Assembly: GCF_964213995.1 (NCBI RefSeq)
Contig: NC_135808.1
Location: 25,172,001 to 25,236,000 of the forward strand
DNA from: Mustelus asterias
Taxonomy: Eukaryota
Reading direction: 5' to 3'
Length of the DNA: 64,000 nucleotides
Shown: positions 1 through 11,975 of the stretch, piece after piece
How the letters are laid out: each line of letters begins with the position of its first letter
Numbering within the stretch: position 1 is the first letter of the stretch
Translations under genes and position numbers: made by a program
The notes under the pieces: model-generated
Told to the model about the DNA's origin: nothing
What the model saw: the letters and a program-made list of their open reading frames with translations, nothing else
The model's database searches: none

Positions 1-1150
1 ATCGTATAGTTATACCCATAATGTTGCTTGGGAAGGGCGTTTCTGGATTTTGACTCAGTGAGAGTGAAGAAACGGTGATGTAGTTCACCGTCATGATGCT
101 GTGTGGCTTGGAGGGGGACTTACGGGTGCATGTGTGCCCATGTGCCTGGTGCCTTTGTCCTTCAAGATGCTAGTTGCTGCGTGTTTTGAATGTGCTGTAA
201 GGAGCCTTACTGTGTTCCTGTAGTGCATCTGGTAGACGATGCACACTGCTGCTACTGTGAATCAGTGGTGGCGGAAGTGAGTGTTTGCGAATAGTGTAGT
301 CATGAAGTAGACTGTCATGTCTTGGACGGCCTCAAGTTTCCTGAGTGTTGCTGCAGCGGCATTCATCCAGTACAGTGGACGTTAGTCCACCACACTCTTT
401 ATTTGTGCCTTGCAGAATGTGGACAGGCTTTGGGGAATCAAGAGATGAGTAATTATCACAGGATTCCTAAACGCTGTTCTGCATTTGTAGCCACAGCATT
501 TATATGGCTAGTGCACTTTCGTGATTGGTCAATGATTACCCCAAGGAGTAAGAGACGGTCATGACATTAAATGCTAATGGGCGAATATGAGACTGTCTTG
601 TTAGAGGTGGTGTTTGATGGTGGCCACAGGCACGAAGGGGCAAAGGGCTTCTTTCTGTGCTGCAAAACTCTGTGACGCGATGTTCATTTCCTGGCACTTG
701 CGTGGCATGAATATTACGTTTCATGTGTCAGCGCAAGTCTAGATATTGGTCAGATTTTGCTTGTTTAGCATTTGTGAGTTGCGAATGGCGATGAGCATTG
801 TGAAATCATCAGAGAACATACACATTTCTGACCTTACGATAGAAGTAATGTAATTGATGAAGCAATCGAAGGGGTGTGGGATTTGGATATTGCCTTGACT
901 AATTCCTGCAGTGATGCTCTGGAGTTGTGGTGACTGGCCTACAACAGCCACAGCCAACTTCTTTGCGTTATCCATTTCTACGCCATGATTTCCACTGACT
1001 TCAGATTTTTCTCGGGCTCCTTGAGGCTACATTTTGTCAAATGTGGCCTTGATTTCACAGGCAGCCACCTTTCACTCTCCTCCTAAGTGCAGACAATTTG
1101 TCCATACTTAAAGCAAGATTAAAATGAGGTCAGGAAGTGAATGATGCTGG
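1..1150 (-). mobile_element. Old degenerate LINE (CR1/L2-superfamily) 3' portion
   Basis: Homologous by eye to other decayed copies at about 27040-27290 (VMEYSPLACVSAAPTTLKKLDTIQDKAARSIG), 29550-30250 + 31340-31720 and 37570-38180. Confidence 0.6.
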
Positions 1151-1327
1151 CGGAGTCTAAATGTTACGCATCAATTGAATTTATTTCAGATGTGCTTGCA
1201 ACATAACATTAACTAGATGCAGTTTGATCCATAAGATGCACACAACAATAGTATTATTTAGATGCACATTATGAAAGTCACTATCAATGGGTACAGAGTG
1301 TTTACAAAGTTGTTCTCATAGCTCTGT

Positions 1328-2734
1328 TTATCTTGTCGCACCAATGTTCTTGTACTGACAGATAAGGAGATGCTTGAAGGTTTTCTTGAAGGAAGGGTTA
1401 CACAGGGCGTAGCATGCTGGGTTGATTGTACTGTTGATATATGCGAGCCAAAATCCAATAGTCCAGACATTGCTCGGGACACAGGTTGAACAGAAAGTGT
1501 TAATGAGCACTGTGACGAAATATGGGCTCCACGTAATGATAAATGCCAGGAGAATGGCCAAGATGGTTCGAGTCACTTTCTCCCCTCGAGATACAGCTCC
1601 CTTCTTCTTGTTCACAGGGGCATTGGCCATTATAATAATTTTATGGTCTGCTCTCTTGTCCCTTTCATTCCCATTCTTGCCTTTGAAACCTGGAACTTTT
1701 CTTTCAGCGGTATCACAGTCACTTTTCTGATATTTGCGAACAACCTTTATGAAAGTAAGTTTGGGGTAATCCATCCTGGAACTGCTTTGAGCATCACAAA
1801 TATTTCTGCACCCGTGCATGGTTCCTTCATCCTTCCCCTTTGCTGATACCACGCTGGACGATGTTGACTCTTTGGATAATTCAATCTCATCTCCTTGGCA
1901 ACAATTCTCAATTGTTATTTCGTCAGTTATTATGTCATTTTGCATTTTTACATTTGCCAACCCATTAGGAACATAGAACATGTTGCAATTATTCGGTTTC
2001 ATTATTTTGCCCTTCACCTGACTCTGAGTAGCTGTGTCTTTGCTTGACCCAGTCTCTTTATTACCCTCCTTGACACGACTTTTGCTAGCATGAGATATTT
2101 GCACATATAATATCACCATGATAGTAACAGGGAGGTAGAAGGCAACCAAGGCAGTGCCGAACGTGACAGCTGGATTGGAGAATAACTGCACATAACACTC
2201 GCCCTCACGGACTGTCCGCTCCCCTACGATGAACTGCCAGAAGAGAATGGCAGGAGCCCACATGATAAAGGACACCACCCAAACAGCTGCGATCATAATC
2301 CCTGCCACCTTGGCTGTTCTCTTCACGGGGTAGCTGAGGGGCTTTGTCACGCAGAAGTAGCGGTCAAAGCTAATGACAAGGAGGTTCATGCCAGAAGCAT
2401 TGCTAGCAACATAATCTAGAGCAAGCCACAAATCACATACAACAGGGCCCAACGGCCAGTAGCCAACAACAGTGTAAATGGTGTACAAATTCATAGAGAA
2501 CAAACCGATAAACAAATCAGCACAGGCTAAGCTGAAAAGAAAGTAGTTGTTAATGGTTTGTAAATGTCTGTTTACTTTTATAGACACAATAACGAGAACG
2601 TTTCCAATAATTGTCACCAAGCTTAAAGATCCTGTCACAATCACAATGAAGACCACTTCGACTGTATTGTAAGAACTCCCTCTTTCAGCAGTTTGATTGT
2701 TGAGAGATTCACCTATCTGTGTTGAGTTTTCCAT
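1328..2734 (-). CDS. CHRM2: Muscarinic acetylcholine receptor M2-like, copy A (468 aa, single coding exon, altered orthosteric pocket)
   Basis: Intact 7TM ORF with M2 signatures: [82 protein letters not shown] and C-terminal YKNIGATR. Splice acceptor (ttttctacatttag|) 36 nt upstream of the ATG, AG at 2771-2772. Paralog, not necessarily the 1:1 ortholog. Confidence 0.95.
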   Translation of the reverse strand: MENSTQIGESLNNQTAERGSSYNTVEVVFIVIVTGSLSLVTIIGNVLVIVSIKVNRHLQTINNYFLFSLACADLFIGLFSMNLYTIYTVVGYWPLGPVVCDLWLALDYVASNASGMNLLVISFDRYFCVTKPLSYPVKRTAKVAGIMIAAVWVVSFIMWAPAILFWQFIVGERTVREGECYVQLFSNPAVTFGTALVAFYLPVTIMVILYVQISHASKSRVKEGNKETGSSKDTATQSQVKGKIMKPNNCNMFYVPNGLANVKMQNDIITDEITIENCCQGDEIELSKESTSSSVVSAKGKDEGTMHGCRNICDAQSSSRMDYPKLTFIKVVRKYQKSDCDTAERKVPGFKGKNGNERDKRADHKIIIMANAPVNKKKGAVSRGEKVTRTILAILLAFIITWSPYFVTVLINTFCSTCVPSNVWTIGFWLAYINSTINPACYALCNPSFKKTFKHLLICQYKNIGATR

Positions 2735-3146
2735 TATTTTACTCTGATGTGTATTTGATACTGACGAGGCCTAAATGTAGAAAATAAAATAATAAACCTG
2801 AACTAGATTTCAGATGTGTTGAAGTCAAAAGACTTGATGATTGAAGTTCTACCTGTAAGATAATAAAAGCACATATTTCCTTCGAAACTTTAATATCTTC
2901 CCGGGCCGTAATGTAATCTAATAACACATATAATGCAATTATATCTAATAGTTAGTTGCTTGTGTCAAACCTGTCCACCAGGATTTTGCTTTCAATGATC
3001 AATTTCTCATAGTTCAGAAAGTTTTGTGTTTTGCAAACTTCTAACTATTACGGTAGAATACATTTACCCTTTTTATTCATTTAAGTTCATGCATCCAGAC
3101 CACAAACACAAGTAAAAGCTGAAAGTTTCAATCACTGAGGGAAGTG

Positions 3147-3530
3147 AGTCCTCTATGACTCTATGAGGGGCATAGATCAGCTAGATAGTCAATATATGTT
3201 CCCAAAGGTGGGGGAGTCTAAAACTAGAGGGCATAGGTTTAAGGTGAGAGGGGAGAGATACAAAAGTGTCCAGAGGGGCAATGTTTTCACACAGCGGGTG
3301 GTGAGTGTCTGGAACAAGCTGCCAGGGATAGTAGTAGAGGCAGGCACAATTTTGTCTTTTAAAAAACATTTAGATAGTTACATGGGTACGATGGGTATAG
3401 AGGGATATGGGCCCAATGCGGGCAATTGGGATTAGCTTAGGGGTTTTAAAAAAAGGGCGGCATGGGACAAGTTGGGCCGAAGGGCCTGTTTCCATGCTGT
3501 AATCCTCTATGACTCTATGACTATGACTCT
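3147..3530 (+). mobile_element. 5'-truncated CR1 LINE
   Basis: CR1 ORF2 C-terminus (SKTRGHRFKVRG...FTQRVVSVWNKLP), (GACTCTAT)n tail and AAGTG flanking both ends. Absent at the homologous site of unit B (about 33760). Confidence 0.85.
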
Positions 3531-3961
3531 AAGTGTTGCACGACGAATAGATGCATTAGTGCTATCCATGCCTCACATAAATTGTAACCATGCTAGACAA
3601 TGAGCACTCAAACAGAGGCAGATAGGTGAGACAGGGTTGAAATTTCACCTCTGGGAGAGGGATATCTGGGATTGAGTCACTTTTTGTGGATATCATTCAT
3701 TTCAAAACAGATTTTTATGGGTCGCATTAAGGGGACCTCATACAGGTCTTAAATATATAATTTCAGTAAGTATATGACTAGCTTTCTTATGTGAACTGAA
3801 TTAAATAAATTACGAGGTTGTTATTTTCTCTTTATAGTATTTTAAAGCAATCGTAGGAACTGAATGGACATAGTTCAAATGACAATCCTCTCGCTGGAAC
3901 TGGTGATGGTAGTGGTCGTGGGTTTGGAACGTGCTGCCGAATAACCCTTGGTGTATCCTAA

Positions 3962-4232
3962 AGTATTTATTTATTAGTCACAAGTATGCTTACATTAACG
4001 CTGCAACAAAGTTACAGTGAAAATCTCCAAGTCGCCACACTCCAGCGCCTGTTGGGGTACACTGACGGAAAACTTAGCATGAGCAATGCACCGAACCAGC
4101 ACGTCTTTCGGAATGTCGGAGAAAACTGAAGTTCCAGGAGGAAACCAATGCCGATACGAGGCGAACGTACATTCAGGTCCACTGCTGCAGTGAGGCAGCA
4201 GTGCTAACCACTGTGCCACCTTACCGCCGCTG
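3962..4232 (-). mobile_element. tRNA-derived V-type SINE (L2-like tail variant)
   Basis: Reverse complement of GGTGGCACAGTGGTTAGCACTGCTGCCTCAC...ATTTTCACTGTAACTT...AATAAATAAA. Confidence 0.75.
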
Positions 4233-6000
4233 CCATGCCAGCAATGTAAGTTATAAAATTGTACGCACTGCTGCCATTGTTCGCTGGTGTTGGAGGGATT
4301 GAATATTTATACAGAGGATACCAATCAAGTGGACTGCTTTGTCTTAGATGGCGTGGAGCTTCTTCAATGTGATTAAAGCTGCACACGTCAGGCAGGCGAA
4401 ATTATTCTATCACACTCCTAATTTATTCCTTATAGACATTGGACAGAATTTGGGAGTCATTAGGTGAGTTATTTAACGCAGGATTCCTAAGCTAGGTCTT
4501 GGTCTTGCAGACAGAGTTTTTATATGGCTAGTCCAATTCATCTTCTCGTCAATGGTAACCCCTGGGATGTATAATATGCAACATTTTTCGGAATTATTTT
4601 GAAAATCCAGTTATATGGCATTGGTTGCATTACCATTGTCGACTTGCCCCGTCACTTCGTTAAACGAAGCGCTAAGGTCGGTCAAGGAAAAAATTCATCT
4701 TGAAGTCAATGCTGCCTATTATAGGCACACAGGGCATTAGATCAGGGGTACGACATTCGGCCTCTCCAGCCTACTCTGCCATTCAACCATCTTGTGCACG
4801 CACTCTAAAAAAGAACATTTTTCTCATTCGTATTTATTTTAAAAGCTTTGTGAATTTTTTCCTGCAGCTTTCAGATGTCCTTCCTTCTCACTGCGCCTCT
4901 CTCACTTCCTGTTCTGGACGTCATCCCATGACAGGTCCGAAAAGCTCAGAAATAGCCATTCAACCCTGCAAAGTTATTCCACAACTCAATTGTATCATGG
5001 TTGATCCGTACCTCAACACAATTAGCTGCCTTTACTGCACATCCCCTACTTTCAAAAAAGTACCGATTTCATTCTGACAAATTGAACTCTATTCCTAGAT
5101 TTTGGGCAATTTGTTTAACAAATTCTCCAATTTATGGAGAATGCAGACCGGTCTGGGGGGTTCTATTTAGATGGCGGTTTATATATGTAAAAAGGGAACA
5201 CTTTTAAAGGTTATGGAGAAAAAGCAGGTTAATGGGACCAATGTGCTAGATCATCCGAAGAGTTGACACAGGCAGGATGGGTCAAATGGCGTCCACTTAC
5301 GCTATATTATGCGATGGTTTCTACTACCTTTATGTAAAGCATACACTTTGCGATTTCAAACCCATTTCGCCATTCTGTAACTTTAATATTGTGTTCCGTT
5401 TTCCAATTGCTCCCCCAACCCCTCCCTGCCTCGTTCACCAGATGGATACTTGCATAACTGCTCCCAGAACATTGACTAATTTAGTCTGAGAAAGGGTGAA
5501 ATTAGCGAGCATGCAGTGCAGCCATTTAACATTCACGGTTTTGCTGTTAAATTTCATCATCTCAGCAAATCCTGCTCTGCAAAATTGCGAGCAAACAAGT
5601 GACTATTCTAGATGTTCTTAGTTACGCAGACACAGAGATGTAAACATGTGCAAACAGCCAGGAAGTGCCTCACCAAGAATGTGAGACACCATGAACCTGT
5701 GATTCACAGATTGCTTCAGAGAAGCTGGTTGGCCAAATTCCACTCCCCATAAAAACATATGCTGTTACACCACAGGTAATGTCATCCATCTCATACAATT
5801 CATCCCAATGTGACCTTCTTTAAAGAAAAATATCCCTTATTTTGTAAGAAATACTGGAAAGCATACATTAGTTTGAATAAGGTGTAACTGGCTTTCCAAC
5901 AAAGTGAAAAGTTTTAATCTTCTGTTACCACAGCTTCATAATTAAGGAATTACATGCTTTGTACTTCCACAATGGCAATTTTCTCCCTTAGAGATCAAAT

Positions 6001-7120
6001 AACAAAGAACAAAGAAAAGAACAACACAGGACATTTGACCGCCCAAGCCTATCCCGATGATGATGCCCTATCTAAACTAAAAAAAACCTTCCACCATTAC
6101 TCCAGTCGTATCCCGCTATTCCCTCCCTATTCGTGTAACCATCCAGATGCCTCTTAAATGTTGCTAATGTGCCTGCTTCCACCAGCTCCTCTGGCATCGC
6201 ATTCCATGCACCCACCACTCTCTGCATGAAAAAGCTCCCCCGCACATCTCGCTTAAACTTTCCCCCTCTCACCTTAAATCTGTGCCCCCTTGTAATTGAT
6301 GTGTCCAACCTTGGGGAAAGCTTCTGACTATCCATCCTGCCTATGCCTCTCATTATTTTGTAGATCTTTATCAGGTATCCCCTCAGCATCCGTCTTTCCA
6401 GTGAAAACAATCCTAGTTTATTCAACCTCTCACAATGAACACCCTCGAGATCAGGCAACATCCTGGTGAACCTCCTTTGCACTCTCTGCAAAGTTTCCAC
6501 GTCCTTCCCGTAATGTGGTGACCAGAACTGTACGCAATACTCCAAATGTGGCATAACCAAGGTTTTCCATAGGTGCAACATGATTCAACAACTGTTGTAT
6601 TCAAAGCCTCGGCTGATGAAGGCAAGCATGCCATATGCGTGCTTAATCACCTTGGCCACCTGTGTTGCCACTTTTAGGAAACGGTGGACCTGCACGACCA
6701 GATCACTCTATGTCAATGTTCCTAAGGGTTCTGCCATTTTTAGTATAATTCACACCTAAATTTGATCCTCCAAAATGCATCACCTCACATTTGTCCTGAT
6801 TATACCCCCTCTGCCATTTCTGTGCCCAGGTCTCAAATCTACCTATATCCTGTTGTATCCTCTGACAATCCCCCGCACTATCAGCAACTCCACTAATCTT
6901 CGTGTCATCTGCAAATTTGCTAATCAGACCACCCATATTTTCCTGCAGATCATTTGCATCTACTGCAAACAACTGAGATCCCAACACTGATCCTTGTGGA
7001 ACACCACTAGCTACAGATCTCCATTCTGAAAGGCACCTTTCCACCACTATTCTGTCTTACTCCTTACTTCTCTAACCTAGCCAGTTCTGTGTTCATTTAG
7101 GCAGCCCGAATTCCATGCGA
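6001..7120 (-). mobile_element. CR1 LINE 3' fragment (RT and C-terminus, frameshifted)
   Basis: SGVPQGSVLG, KFADDTK, HLEYCVQFWSPH; tail of short TTCTTTG-type repeats. Confidence 0.9.
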
Positions 7121-7286
7121 TTTTCTTTGAGTTATGACTTCAAATTATTTGTTTTATCCTATTCCGATTTCAGTGCACAACTCATGGTAGCTATCAATGA
7201 TTTACTTCCCATCTGTAAATTTCAAATTCAAAGTGAAGGGCTTTGGTTGTTTTCACATCGTGGTTTGTCTTCTGTGAGAATGGTTC

Positions 7287-7830
7287 AAAGAACAAACAAA
7301 GAACAAAGAACAATACAGCACAGGAACAGGCCCTTCGGCCCTCCAAGCCCGTGCCGCTCCCTGGTCCAAACTAGACCATTCTTTTGTATCCCTCCATTCC
7401 CACTCCGCTCATATGGCCGTCTAGATAAGTTTTAAACGTTCCCAGTGTGTCCGCCTGCACCACCTTGCCTGGCAGCGCATTCCAGGCCCCCAGAACCCTC
7501 TGTGTAAAATATGTCCTTCTGATATCTGTGTTAAACATCCCCCCCTTCACTTTGAACCTATGACCCCTCGTGAACGTCACCACCGACCTGGGGAAAAGCT
7601 TCCCACCGTTCACCCTCTCTATGCCTTTCATAATTTTATACACCTCTATTAAGTCTCCCCTCATCCTCCGTCTTTCCAGGGAGAACAACCCCAGTTTACC
7701 CAATCTCTCCTCATAACTAAGCCCCTCCATACCAGGCAACATCCTGGTAAACCTCCTCTGTACTCTCTCCAAAGCCTCCACGTCCTTCTCGTAGTGTGGC
7801 GACCAGAACTGGACGCAGTATTCCAAATGC
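7287..7830 (-). mobile_element. 5'-truncated CR1 LINE
   Basis: HLEYCVQFWSPHYEKDVEALERVQRRFTRMLPG. Same subfamily as the 3' end of the element at 13485. Confidence 0.9.
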
Positions 7831-8308
7831 AATGTGATTGGCTGCCTGAATTGCTTCATGACACCTGGAGATTGCTTTGATTGGTGCCAAATTAAAGCTG
7901 GCATAGGGAAAGAGGAAATCCAGGGCACAGTGGCCTTTGGATATTGGGGAACTGATTCCTTAGATGTCATTCTTTTCTTGGGCCAGGATTAAAACATTCA
8001 AGTCCTGTAATTACAGAGCGACAGCATGGGCCTGGGGCTGACTATCGGTAACTAACGAGCTCTTTCGGCGGAACTTGTGCTTCCGCTGGCCCCAGAGGAC
8101 TGAATTTTCAAATTTTACAACATACGATTTTGTTTGCATCCTCTGATTGGTTCACCACCATCGCTGAAGATCCCTTAAGGGGACTAGGCAAGTCATATGA
8201 AATGATTCCGAAACAAGGACCCTGGATCGCCAGATGAGATACTCAATAGTTCAGATGAATTTTTCACATGATTCATTGCGAGTAGAATGATCTCTCATTA
8301 CCCCTGTC

Positions 8309-8488
8309 CACATCAATGAAGTGGAGATGCCAGCGTTGGACTGGGGTGAACACAGTAAGAGTTTTAACAACACCAGGATAAAGTCCAACAGGTTTATTTG
8401 GTAGCAAATAATGGTATTTGCTACCAAATAAACCTGTTGGACTTTAACCTGGTGTTGTTAAAACTCTTACTGTGTTCACATCAATGAA
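8309..8488. mobile_element. Penelope-like element terminus folded into a 65-bp-arm palindrome
   Basis: Arms 8346-8410 and 8415-8479 (1 mismatch, ATGG loop). Direct repeat CACATCAATGAA at 8309-8320 and 8477-8488. Sequence shared with 63261-63352. Confidence 0.75.
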
Positions 8489-8793
8489 AGCAGTTAGGAT
8501 CAATTTCCACCCAAAATGTAATTCTTACTTTACTTTTTAATTATACCTATTGGAAGGATCCACTCCAAATTTTCCTTTGCAAACCTCGCTTTCCTGGCTC
8601 AATGTTGATTCATGTTTCTAAAGCTTTGTTTATATTCCGCCTTCTTGTTTACATGAGAACAATATAGCTTGTCCATCGTTCTCATTATGTTCTCCATGTG
8701 ATAGCAGCAAAGTTGCAGTAAGTGGAGCGAAAACTAAGCCGTTGAAAAGGCCAAGAAAGGAGGTGAGGTAAGAAAGTAGATGGAAAAACTGAG

Positions 8794-9078
8794 GGGCGGC
8801 ACCGTGGCACAATGGTTAGCACTGCTGCCTCACAGCGCCAGAGACATGGGTTCAATTCCTGGCATGGGTCTGTGAGGAGGTTGCACGTTCTCCCTGTGTC
8901 TGCGTGGGTTTCCTCTGGGTGCTCGGGTTTCCTCCCACGGTCTGAAAGACAAGCTGGTTAGATGCATTGACCGTGCTAAATTCTCCCTCAGTGTACCCGA
9001 GTGTGGCAACTCGGGGATTTTCACAGTAACCTCATTGTAGTGTTAATGTAAGCCTACTTGGGACTAATAAATAAACTT
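8794..9078 (+). mobile_element. tRNA-derived V-type SINE (L2-like tail variant)
   Basis: A-box-like TGGCACAATGGTTAG, B-box-like GGTTCAATTCC, V-domain and tail GGATTTTCACAGTAAC...AATAAATAAAC. Confidence 0.85.
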
Positions 9079-9139
9079 TTAAGAGACTGTAAAATAAATT
9101 AATTTAGTGTGGAGGGACTTGTGAACAAAATCAAGATGA

Positions 9140-9510
9140 TGAATAGAACAAGGGAAAAATAATGGTTCAAGGATTGAGTAACTTCAGATCGGAGAACATG
9201 TTGCAGAAGGTGGGGTTGTCCTCCTTGGAGTGAAGAAGGATAAGAGAAGACTTGATGAAGATTTTCAAAATTATGAGGGGGTTGAGCAGAGTAGATAGAA
9301 GGAAACTGTTCCAGCTCGTAAAATGATGAAAAACGAGAGGGCACAGATTTAAACTGATTTTTAAAAGAAGCAAATGCGATGTGAGAGAAAAGATAAAACT
9401 TCTCTGAAAGCGAATGTTCGAGGTTCGGAAAGCACTGCCTGAAAGTGTGGTGAGGCAATCAGCATTTCGACCTCAATCCCTCGATTATTTCTGTCGAGAT
9501 AGCTGTGGCT
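9140..9510 (+). mobile_element. Degenerate CR1 3' fragment
   Basis: TTGTCCTCCTTGGAGTGAAGAAGGATAAGAGAAGACTTGAT...ACGAGAGGGCACAGATTTAA, matching CR1 LFSLExRR...TRGH. Confidence 0.65.
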
Positions 9511-9753
9511 TTGAACTCGAACTAAACTCAACCGGAGGCATAATTTTCCTTTATTGCAAGATGATCGATGACCTGCCGTAAATTGTTGCTGTTCTCCGCA
9601 GTACTGACCATTTTCACAATTTCCTCTTGACAGAAATCCCCTCCAACCCCCGCCGCCCCTTTCCCCTCCCCTCCACACGTGAGTCAGTGATGCTTGTAAA
9701 AAATATGAGTACTGGATTTGCAGAGAATTTAGGACATTCTCCAGTTCTTGTCA

Positions 9754-10652
9754 TCATTTAATGAATTTAACAAGTTGAGCAAATGGATATTTGACCATAT
9801 ACTTCAACTGCTCTCTGAACTTGTTCTGAGTCACGGCATGAATACAAATATGCATGTAGCAACGCAGGAGCTGCAACATGAACCCTATTTCCTGTAGACA
9901 GTGAGACACGAATAGAGACTCATAACCTAAAAACCACATTCGAATCCATATAGAATGGAACACATGTACTGACCATAACAAGATGAAATTCCCAGAGACA
10001 ACAAACAATAAAATGATGGATTTTCTATGACTCTCCACCTCTGGGACTCTGGGACTCTCCCTACTGCTGCGATCCTGGAGTCTCCTTCGGACCCCATTGG
10101 GCAATAAAATGTGTCCAACGGTGAAAGCATTGAGAAGCAGAATCAGAAGAAAAGGGACTCCCGGTGTAAGAATGTAGTGGATGAATTCGGCCAGTAACCA
10201 GATTCGTGATTGTTTAATATTGTTTGGTATGGAACAAAGCCAGGGGGAATTCCACAGCCGAAATTCGTCTATGAGCATGAAATACCATGTGACATCCTTT
10301 AAGGAAATCAGCGCCGTCACTGTCGAAAGAGCCAAAACTGCTGTTTTCTCGGTGCAATATTTACTTTTCAGCTTCTCACAAAAAATTGCCACAAACCGAT
10401 CCATGGTGAAAGTGACGGTGAACCAGATAGAACAGTCTCTGGCTACATGAAGCAGAGTGATGTGGATATTGCATGCGTGGATGACATACACGAAAATAAA
10501 ATGTTTCTGCTCAACAATCAGAATGTGTCTTATTGCCATGTCGATAATAACAAACAGTAGATCCACTGCTGCCATGGCCACCAGATAACGTGTAACACAT
10601 TTGGAGAGACTACACTTTCCCCGGGACAGGATCACCATTGTCACTACGTTAA
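9754..10652 (-). CDS. GPR139-like orphan GPCR copy A, coding exon 2 (333 aa spliced)
   Basis: Acceptor tctatctctttctcatag|TT AAC GTA. 899-nt open frame with ILSRGKCSLSKCVTRYLVAMAAVDLL, TFTMDRFVAI and KFREQL, typical of the expanded chondrichthyan GPR139-like family. Confidence 0.9.
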
Positions 10653-10769
10653 CTATGAGAAAGAGATAGAAACATGGAGATTATATATCAGGCTTGACTC
10701 AATGCTTCCACTTCACTATGACCTTATTGAGAAGTCAACAGCTTTGACAACATCCAGTAACATATTGAA

Positions 10770-11975
10770 ATATTGCTATCCCGGTGTCTTCCTCTCTGTC
10801 CCATGGACCTATGCTTTCCTTGATTACGTGCAAGGCATCTGCTTCCACAGAGGATTGGTCATCAAATTCCTGAAACTACCAAGATGGAGAGCCCAGGAAA
10901 TGTTTTGACTGTTTTGATTAGAAACGTTCTGTATACTGATCTTGCTGCATTAGTTGGCTAGACTAACGACCAGCATCAAATATTCATGGATCATCTGTGC
11001 CATGTATATACGCTCTCCTCTCCTCAAACTCAAGAAAATCTCCAACGATATATCGAGTTCTTTCAGCTCTGATGATCTTTATTCTCCAACTGATCTGTGT
11101 TTTCCCCATCGATATGGAAGAATCTTACCTCCACACATGATCAGACTAGAAACTCTTTAACCTATCAAGCCTGAAAGGCAACAGTAAAGAGTGACATGCT
11201 CTAATCAGAAAACCTCTGTATGCTGAAGAGGCTGCACTGGTTACACAGTCAAGTAATCAGCTTCAGAGTCTCCTGGATCATCCGCACCACCTGTGCCCTT
11301 TTCACACTCTCCATCATTGTCAAGAATTCTGCAACCATGGGGCTTTTTTTTCTCTGACTGTGACCAAACTCAAAACACAATATTGAAGCAGCCAGAATGT
11401 TCTGCTTCTTTGAAACTTTGGTGACTAAAAACCAATCATTTTACTCCGAGCTCAGCACAATATATGAAATATTTATAAATGTATAATCGACTCATAAAAG
11501 AGATATTTAAAAAAAACAGATACTGACATAAAGGGCCAGAATGCTTCATTCACAAGACCTGAATCTACATGCCTTTGCGGTGTCGCTGTGAAGCATGTCC
11601 GACCTTCACCTACCAATAACAAAGGCTCAATCGTGTTTAACTTCCAAATCTGTAATATATCCATGGCATCACTTCAGAACACAAATACTTTCTGAAATAA
11701 GTGTCAGAAGCACGCTCGTGCAATTCAAGCAAATAATGATAAGCAGTGGCCTGGACATGTGTGCAGGATCTTTTGTATTCAGGATTGAAGATGGTTGCAT
11801 CCCCAAAGGTGTGCTTAATCGGGAGGAAATCGGGCAAAGTTGGCAGAGAGCACATATATCTCCGATTGTTGGAAATATTGAAAAGAGAAATGATAGCCCT
11901 CACAATGAAAGTCCAGAAGAGGGGATCTCTAGCCGACGATCAATGTAAATGGGGACATCAGCTGTGGTCAGAAAT
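10770..11975 (+). mobile_element. Ancient RTE-clade LINE RT fossil in the intron of GPR139-like A
   Basis: Translates in part as LIRKPLYAEEAALVTQSSNQLQSLLDH (YADD region) and RIEDGCIPK. A second short YADD-like segment lies at about 10915-10975. Confidence 0.65.

Noticed and set aside
1422-1730. Similar plus-strand ORFs at 1422-1730, 32027-32353 and 54647-54991
   Set aside because: Antisense shadows of the conserved M2 TM6-TM7 coding sequence, with no independent evidence of coding function.
2130-2430. Natural DREADD-type substitutions in the M2-like copies
   Set aside because: The DREADD positions Y3.33 and A5.46 are unchanged in all three copies; the observed changes are elsewhere.
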